DNA from: Planctomycetota bacterium
GTDB taxonomy: Bacteria; Planctomycetota; JAJSAM01; JAJVHW01
Assembly (NCBI GenBank): GCA_965248445.1
Contig: CBDFJG010000001.1
Location: 544,001 to 608,000 of the forward strand
Reading direction: 5' to 3'
DNA: 64,000 nt
The translations under genes and the position numbers were made by a program. Each line of letters starts with the position of its first letter. Positions within the stretch are counted from its first letter, which is position 1. Below are positions 58,892-64,000 of this stretch, one piece after another. Under the pieces are notes generated by a model. The model saw nothing but the letters and a program-made list of their open reading frames with translations, had not been told where the DNA came from and ran no database searches.

Positions 58892-59802
58892 TGGACGACG
58901 TGAAGATCCTGATGCAGGCGCTGCCCTACATCCGCGCGCACCGCGGGAAGACGTTCGTCGTCAAGTTCGGCGGCGCGGTCGTGGAGAACACGGAGGCCTT
59001 GGCCACTCTCGCAAAGGACGTGTCCCTGCTCACGAGCGTCGGCATCGACATCTGCATCGTCCACGGTGGCGGGCCGCAGGCGACGGCGATGTCCGAGAAG
59101 CTCGGCCTCGCGCCGAAGTTCGTCGAGGGTCGCCGCATCACGGACGCCGACACGCTCGAGATCGCGAAGATGGTCTTCGCGGGCAAGATCAACCTCGAGA
59201 TCCTCGGCGCCCTGCGCGCGCAGGGCTTGAGTGCGGTCGGGCTCTCCGGGGTCTCCGGCGACCTCGTGCAGGCCGTCCGTCGCCAACCCACGGAGTATCG
59301 CGACGACGATACGGGCGAGAAGCGTGTGGTCGACATGGGCCACGTGGGCGACATCGAAAGTGTCGACACGTACCTGCTCCGAGAGCTGATGGACACGGGC
59401 CACGTACCGGTCGTGAGTTCGCTGGCCGCGGACGGTGACGGCAACTTCCTGAACATCAACGCCGACACGGTCGCGACGGCCATGGCGGTCGATCTCGCGG
59501 CCGACAAGTTCCTGCTGATGACCAACGTCGACGGCATCCTCCGCGACAAGGACGACCCGTCGTCCCTCGTCGCGACCGTGACCGCCGCCGAGGCGGAGAA
59601 GCTGATCGAGGACGGTGTGATCGCCAGGGGCATGATCCCGAAGGTCAACAACGCCCTCGACGCGCTGCGCGGCGGCGTGGATCGCGTGCACATCCTGAAC
59701 GGCGAGCGTCCGCACACGCTCCTGACCGAGCTGCTCACGAAGCGCGGCAACGGCACCTTGCTCACGCTGGAAGAACAGCCGCCGGGGTACCTCATCGGAT
59801 GA
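58891..59802 (+). CDS. argB: N-acylglutamate kinase
   Basis: ALPYI, KFGG, VHGGG, NINAD, GMIPK; no fused GNAT domain. Confidence 0.95.
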   Translation: MDDVKILMQALPYIRAHRGKTFVVKFGGAVVENTEALATLAKDVSLLTSVGIDICIVHGGGPQATAMSEKLGLAPKFVEGRRITDADTLEIAKMVFAGKINLEILGALRAQGLSAVGLSGVSGDLVQAVRRQPTEYRDDDTGEKRVVDMGHVGDIESVDTYLLRELMDTGHVPVVSSLAADGDGNFLNINADTVATAMAVDLAADKFLLMTNVDGILRDKDDPSSLVATVTAAEAEKLIEDGVIARGMIPKVNNALDALRGGVDRVHILNGERPHTLLTELLTKRGNGTLLTLEEQPPGYLIG

Positions 59803-60887
59803 GCACGCCGGTGTTCACCGCGGACGACCCGGTCGACCTGACCGTGCGCCTGGTCGAGACGCCGTCGGTCTCCGGCGGTGAGTCGGCGGTCGTCGGCCTG
59901 ATCGCCGAGGGGCTGCGCGCCGCAGGACTGCGGCCGATCGTGACCGGCCGCAACGTGCATGCCGTCGTAGAGGGCAAGCGCCCTGGCCGCCACACGCTCC
60001 TGCTGCAGGGGCACATCGACACGGTGCCCGCTGGACAGGATTGGACCCGCGATCCGTGGCGCGCGTCGCGAGAGGACGGGCGGATCTACGGCCTCGGGTC
60101 CAACGACACGAAGGGCGGCGTCGCCGCGATGATCTGCGCTTTCGCGGACCTCGCGAAGACGCGGGACTTCGGCGGGACGCTCGTGTTCGCTGCCACATGC
60201 GATGAGGAGACCGGCGGCGAGGGCCTCGAGACACTGCGCCCCCACCTGCCGCCGCTGACCGGCGCGGTGATCGCTGAGCCGACGACGCTGCGAGTCTGCA
60301 CGGCTCAGCGCGGGTTGATGCGAATCGTCGTCGCGTGCCACGGCCGTTCCGCGCACGCGTCGCGACCGTGGCAAGGCAGCAACGCGATCGAGTTGGCGCT
60401 GGCCGACATCGCGGCTCTCCGCGCGATCGAGGCGCCGGACGTGCACCCGCTGCTCGGACGCACGACCTGCACGCCCACCATGATCGAAGGCGGCGTCGGG
60501 TCCAACGTCGTCCCGCCGCTCTGCCGCTACACACTCGACGTGCGCCCCACGCCCAACTACCCGAACGCGTGGTGGGAGGAGCGCATCCGGGCCACGGTCC
60601 AGGGCGAGATCGAGGTGTTCCGGGGTCGCATGGTGCCGGTGGAGACCGAGCCCGGAGACCGGCTCGTGCAGGCGGCACTCCTGGCGGCCGCCACCGGCGA
60701 CGCGGCACCGTTCGGCGGCGTCAGCGATCTGTTCCACGTGCGCGACGTCGCCGGCGTCGTGCTCGGTCCAGGGCGCTCGGAGCAGAGCCACTCCCCCGAC
60801 GAGTGGGTGGAGGAAGAACAGGTGCGTGCGGCGGTCGCCGTGTACCGCGACCTTGTGCTGAGTTACCTGACGGGAGAGGCCGCATGA
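59799..60887 (+). CDS. argE: M20 deacylase (acylornithine/acylcitrulline)
   Basis: GHIDTV, GLGSNDTKG, DEE, EPT, HSPDE; operon context. Confidence 0.85.
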   Translation: MSTPVFTADDPVDLTVRLVETPSVSGGESAVVGLIAEGLRAAGLRPIVTGRNVHAVVEGKRPGRHTLLLQGHIDTVPAGQDWTRDPWRASREDGRIYGLGSNDTKGGVAAMICAFADLAKTRDFGGTLVFAATCDEETGGEGLETLRPHLPPLTGAVIAEPTTLRVCTAQRGLMRIVVACHGRSAHASRPWQGSNAIELALADIAALRAIEAPDVHPLLGRTTCTPTMIEGGVGSNVVPPLCRYTLDVRPTPNYPNAWWEERIRATVQGEIEVFRGRMVPVETEPGDRLVQAALLAAATGDAAPFGGVSDLFHVRDVAGVVLGPGRSEQSHSPDEWVEEEQVRAAVAVYRDLVLSYLTGEAA

Positions 60888-62302
60888 CCAAACGCAAGAA
60901 CCCCGCGACATCGCGCACATCCAAGCGGGGCCTGTGGGGCGCACGGTTCGACGGCGGACCGTCGGCCGCGATGCGCGCGATCGGGGACTCGCTGCACGTC
61001 GATCAGCGTCTCGTGGACCAGGACCTCCGCGGGTCGATCGCTCACGCGCGCATGCTCGGAGACCAGGGCATCCTACGGAAGGCCGACGCACGGAAGATCG
61101 TGAGCGAGCTCGGCAAGATGCGACGCGAGATCGCGCGCGGGGAACTCGTCGTGGAGGGCGCCGACGAGGACGTCCACTCCTGGATCGAACGCGTCCTGAC
61201 GGAGCGGATCGGCGACGACGGCGCACGGCTGCACACGGCCCGAAGCCGCAACGATCAGGTTGCCACGGCGTTCCGCCTCTTCCTGCGGGACGGGACCGCG
61301 GAGGTCAACGACGCTCTGCGCGCACTGCAGTCGTCTCTGGTCGCGCGGGCGGCCGAGATGATCGGCGTCATCGTGCCGGCGTACACGCACCTCCAGCGGG
61401 GCCAACCTGTGCTTCTGTCGCACCAGTTCCTGGCCTACGTGGAGATGCTCGAGCGCGACCGCGGACGGTTCCTCGACCAGGCGCGCCGCATGAACGAGTG
61501 CCCGCTCGGCGCGGGCGCGGCAACCGGCGTGCCGTATCCCATCGACCGCGCCGCGACGGCGAAGGAACTCCTGTTCGATCGGCCGACAGCCAACTCCATG
61601 GACAGCGTGGCGGATCGCGACTTCGCTGCGGAGTGGCTGGCCGCAGCGGCAATCCTCGCCGTGCATCTCTCGCGGCTGGCCGAGGACATCTGCCTATGGG
61701 CGTCGTCCGAGTTCGGGCTTCTCTCGCTCGGCGACGCGGTCTCGACGGGCTCGTCGATCATGCCTCAGAAGCGCAACCCCGACGGCGCGGAGCTTGTGCG
61801 CGGGAAGGCCGGTCGCGTGATCGGCTCGCTGGTGTCCCTTCTGACGACCCTCAAGGCGCTGCCGCTGACGTACAACCGCGACCTGCAGGAGGACAAGGAG
61901 GTCGTGTTCGACGCGCTCGACACGTCCCTCGTGTGCCTGCGCATGCTGGACGACACGCTCGCAGAGAGCCGCTTCGTGCCGGAGGCGGCCGCGCGGCTGC
62001 TCGAGGGCGGACACCTGCTGGCGACGGAACTGGCGGACTTCCTCGTCGGGAAGGGCGTCCCGTTCCGACTCGCGCACGAGGCGGTCGGCGAGGTTGTGAA
62101 GGAGTGCGACGACCGAGGCGTCGACCTCTCCGAGCTGTCGGAGGAGGACCTGGTCGCGCTGCACCCGCGCTTCGCGGACTGCGCAGAGACACTCGACTTC
62201 GCCAGCGCCGTGGATCGGCGCGACCACCTCGGGGGCACGGCGACGAAGCGCGTACGCGCTGCCATCCGCAAGTGGGTGCGCCGCCTCGCGCCGCGGAGGT
62301 AG
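60884..62302 (+). CDS. argH: Argininosuccinate lyase
   Basis: LWGARF, RSRNDQ, GSSIMPQKRNPD, YNRDLQEDK. Confidence 0.97.
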   Translation: MTKRKNPATSRTSKRGLWGARFDGGPSAAMRAIGDSLHVDQRLVDQDLRGSIAHARMLGDQGILRKADARKIVSELGKMRREIARGELVVEGADEDVHSWIERVLTERIGDDGARLHTARSRNDQVATAFRLFLRDGTAEVNDALRALQSSLVARAAEMIGVIVPAYTHLQRGQPVLLSHQFLAYVEMLERDRGRFLDQARRMNECPLGAGAATGVPYPIDRAATAKELLFDRPTANSMDSVADRDFAAEWLAAAAILAVHLSRLAEDICLWASSEFGLLSLGDAVSTGSSIMPQKRNPDGAELVRGKAGRVIGSLVSLLTTLKALPLTYNRDLQEDKEVVFDALDTSLVCLRMLDDTLAESRFVPEAAARLLEGGHLLATELADFLVGKGVPFRLAHEAVGEVVKECDDRGVDLSELSEEDLVALHPRFADCAETLDFASAVDRRDHLGGTATKRVRAAIRKWVRRLAPRR

Positions 62303-62311
62303 TCGATCCGG

Positions 62312-62890
62312 ATGGAACTCGACGACGCCGTCGTGCGCAACGCTTTGCGCCCCGCCACCGGAGACTGGCGATCGTCGAACGACCTGAAGGACGCCGCCGT
62401 ACTTCTGCCGTTGCTGCGTCGGGACGGCGCCGATCACCTGCTCTTCACGCTGCGCCGCGCGGACCTGCCCGACCACCCAGGCCAGGTTGCGTTCCCCGGC
62501 GGGTCACGCGACGCGGGCGAGGATGTCGTGACGTGCGCCCTGCGCGAGACCGAGGAGGAGGTCGGGCTCCCGGCCGACCTGCTGACGCCGCTCGGCCGCC
62601 TGCCGGAGCGCGTCTCGATCGCGGGCTTTCTCGTCGCGCCGGTCGTTGCGCGGCTCACACGTGAGCATCCGCCCGTGCCGGATCTGCGCGAGGTCGAGGA
62701 CGTCTTCGACGTCCCACTCTCCGCACTCCTCGACAAGAGCCTCTGGCGTTTCGAGTCGCTCTCGACACCTCGGGGCAACTTCAACCACATCCCGTACTTC
62801 GACGGCGGACGCCACACTGTCTGGGGACTGACCGCCGTGATCGCCCGCGACTTCCTGCGCAGCGTGCTGGAGTTCGATCCGGGCCCGTGA
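62312..62890 (+). CDS. Nudix hydrolase, CoA pyrophosphatase type
   Basis: AAVL, HPGQVAFPGG, ALRETEEEVG, VWGLTA. Confidence 0.9.
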   Translation: MELDDAVVRNALRPATGDWRSSNDLKDAAVLLPLLRRDGADHLLFTLRRADLPDHPGQVAFPGGSRDAGEDVVTCALRETEEEVGLPADLLTPLGRLPERVSIAGFLVAPVVARLTREHPPVPDLREVEDVFDVPLSALLDKSLWRFESLSTPRGNFNHIPYFDGGRHTVWGLTAVIARDFLRSVLEFDPGP

Positions 62891-63357
62891 CCGACTCGAC
62901 GTTCGAGTTGACGTCCTTCGTGCAGGCAACGCCGCAGACAGTGTTCGACTGGCATGCACGACCGGGTGCGCTCGAACGCCTCGCTCCGCCGTGGGAGCGC
63001 GTCGAATTCCTGCAGAAGGCTCCGCTCAGCGTCGGCAGCCAGGTGGTGCTCCGCGTGTCGGCACCCTGGCCCCGCAGGTGGGTGATTGAGCACATCGAGG
63101 TGCAACCGGGCAGGTCCTTCCGCGACGTGTAGGTGACTGGGCCCTTCGGGAAGTTCGACCACCAGCACCTCTTTGCAGCCCAAGCGGTGGGTTGCCTGTA
63201 CTCGGACCGTATCGTCTACCAGTTGCCACTCGGGCGGCTGGGTCACGCCGTGGGGAGCGGCGTGTTGCGCGCGAAGCTCGCGCGGTCATTCGCGTATAGG
63301 CATCGGACAGTGTGCGGCGATCTCGCCGCCCGACGTGCGTTGCCATCGGAGCAGACC
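62887..63357 (+). pseudogene. SRPBCC domain interrupted by an in-frame TAG (63130-63132)
   Basis: VFDWHARPGALERLAPPW...FRDV*VTGPF...HQH; in frame with the downstream ORF. Confidence 0.7.
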
Positions 63358-64000
63358 ATGTTGATCGCGATCACTGGCGCCGGCGGGCTCGTCGGGCGCG
63401 CCCTGGTACCGTTCTTGACCACCGGCGGGGACGAGGTCGTGCGGCTCGTCCGCCGCGACCCGAGTTCCGAGGACGAGGTCGCGTGGAGCCCCGCCGACGG
63501 GACCGTCGACACGCGCGGTCTGCGCGGCGTGGACGCCGTCGTGCACCTGGCCGGCGAGGGCATCGCCGACGGGCGCTGGAACGCCGCCAAGAAGGAGCGC
63601 ATCCGCGCCAGCCGCGTGGACGGCACGGCAGCCATCGCGAAGGCCATCGCCTCGATGGACGAGCCCCCGCGCGTGCTCGTGTGCGCGTCTGCCATCGGGT
63701 TCTACGGCGACCGCGGCGACGAAGAACTGACCGAGGACAGCGCCGCCGGGACAGGGTTCCTCCCGGAGGTCTGCCAGGCCTGGGAAGACGCTGCCGCTCC
63801 CGCCAGGGAAGCGGGAATCCGCGTCGTGAATCTGCGCATCGGCATCGTGCTGTCCGCGCGCGGCGGCGCCCTCCACAAGATGCTGACGCCCTTCAAGCTC
63901 GGTGCGGGCGGAGTGATCGGCAGCGGCGACCAGTGGATGAGCTGGATCGCGATCGACGACGTGCTGGGAGCGATCCGTCACGCCATCGCACAGGAGCAGA
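63358..64000 (+). CDS. TIGR01777-family NAD-dependent epimerase/oxidoreductase (runs off the window)
   Basis: ITGAGGLVG, VHLAGE, SAIGFYG, GFLPEVCQAWE, GSGDQWMSWI. Confidence 0.88.
   Translation, partial: MLIAITGAGGLVGRALVPFLTTGGDEVVRLVRRDPSSEDEVAWSPADGTVDTRGLRGVDAVVHLAGEGIADGRWNAAKKERIRASRVDGTAAIAKAIASMDEPPRVLVCASAIGFYGDRGDEELTEDSAAGTGFLPEVCQAWEDAAAPAREAGIRVVNLRIGIVLSARGGALHKMLTPFKLGAGGVIGSGDQWMSWIAIDDVLGAIRHAIAQEQ

Noticed and set aside
63130..63132. Pyrrolysine or stop-codon recoding at the in-frame TAG
   Set aside because: TAG is a normal stop for other genes here, no pyl genes are seen, and a single C-to-T change explains it.
1..64000. Many long overlapping or antisense ORFs in the six-frame track (e.g. 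802-2322, 49001-51559, 58926-61226)
   Set aside because: Arg/Ala/Pro-rich shadow frames of real genes, expected in high-GC DNA; no motifs.

Overview
High-GC bacterial window, plausibly from a planctomycete (inferred from gene content only). 1-29.5 kb is mostly core genes: peptide ABC substrate-binding protein, TolB-like lipoprotein, rhomboid, guaBA, DUF58/vWA, RluA, a pilin-like pair, atuA-like/pta, FG-GAP surface protein, thiolase, a Rieske-like protein, plus one IS66. About 29.6-48.9 kb is an IS-riddled accessory region next to tRNA-Arg(ACG), with IS1380, IS66, IS1595, two IS110-family elements, an AT-richer Ser/Thr kinase and beta-helix proteins. 49-64 kb has natAB-like ABC genes, PP2C and an arginine operon (argG-orf-argC-argD-argF'-argB-argE-argH). 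Two signals stand out. (1) The arg operon has no argA/argJ but carries a translationally coupled DUF1611/DgcN-like P-loop gene, a candidate new N-acylglutamate synthase; its ArgF' has a succinyl-type signature. (2) A nested set of RNA-guided IS110-family elements whose guides can be read from the sequence: an IS110 with four IS621-style bridge-RNA guides sits in the sub-terminal inverted repeat of an IS1111-type element, whose non-coding end in turn matches its insertion site at an IS66 terminal repeat. All family calls come from motif recognition by eye; no database search was run. Several frameshifts could be assembly errors.
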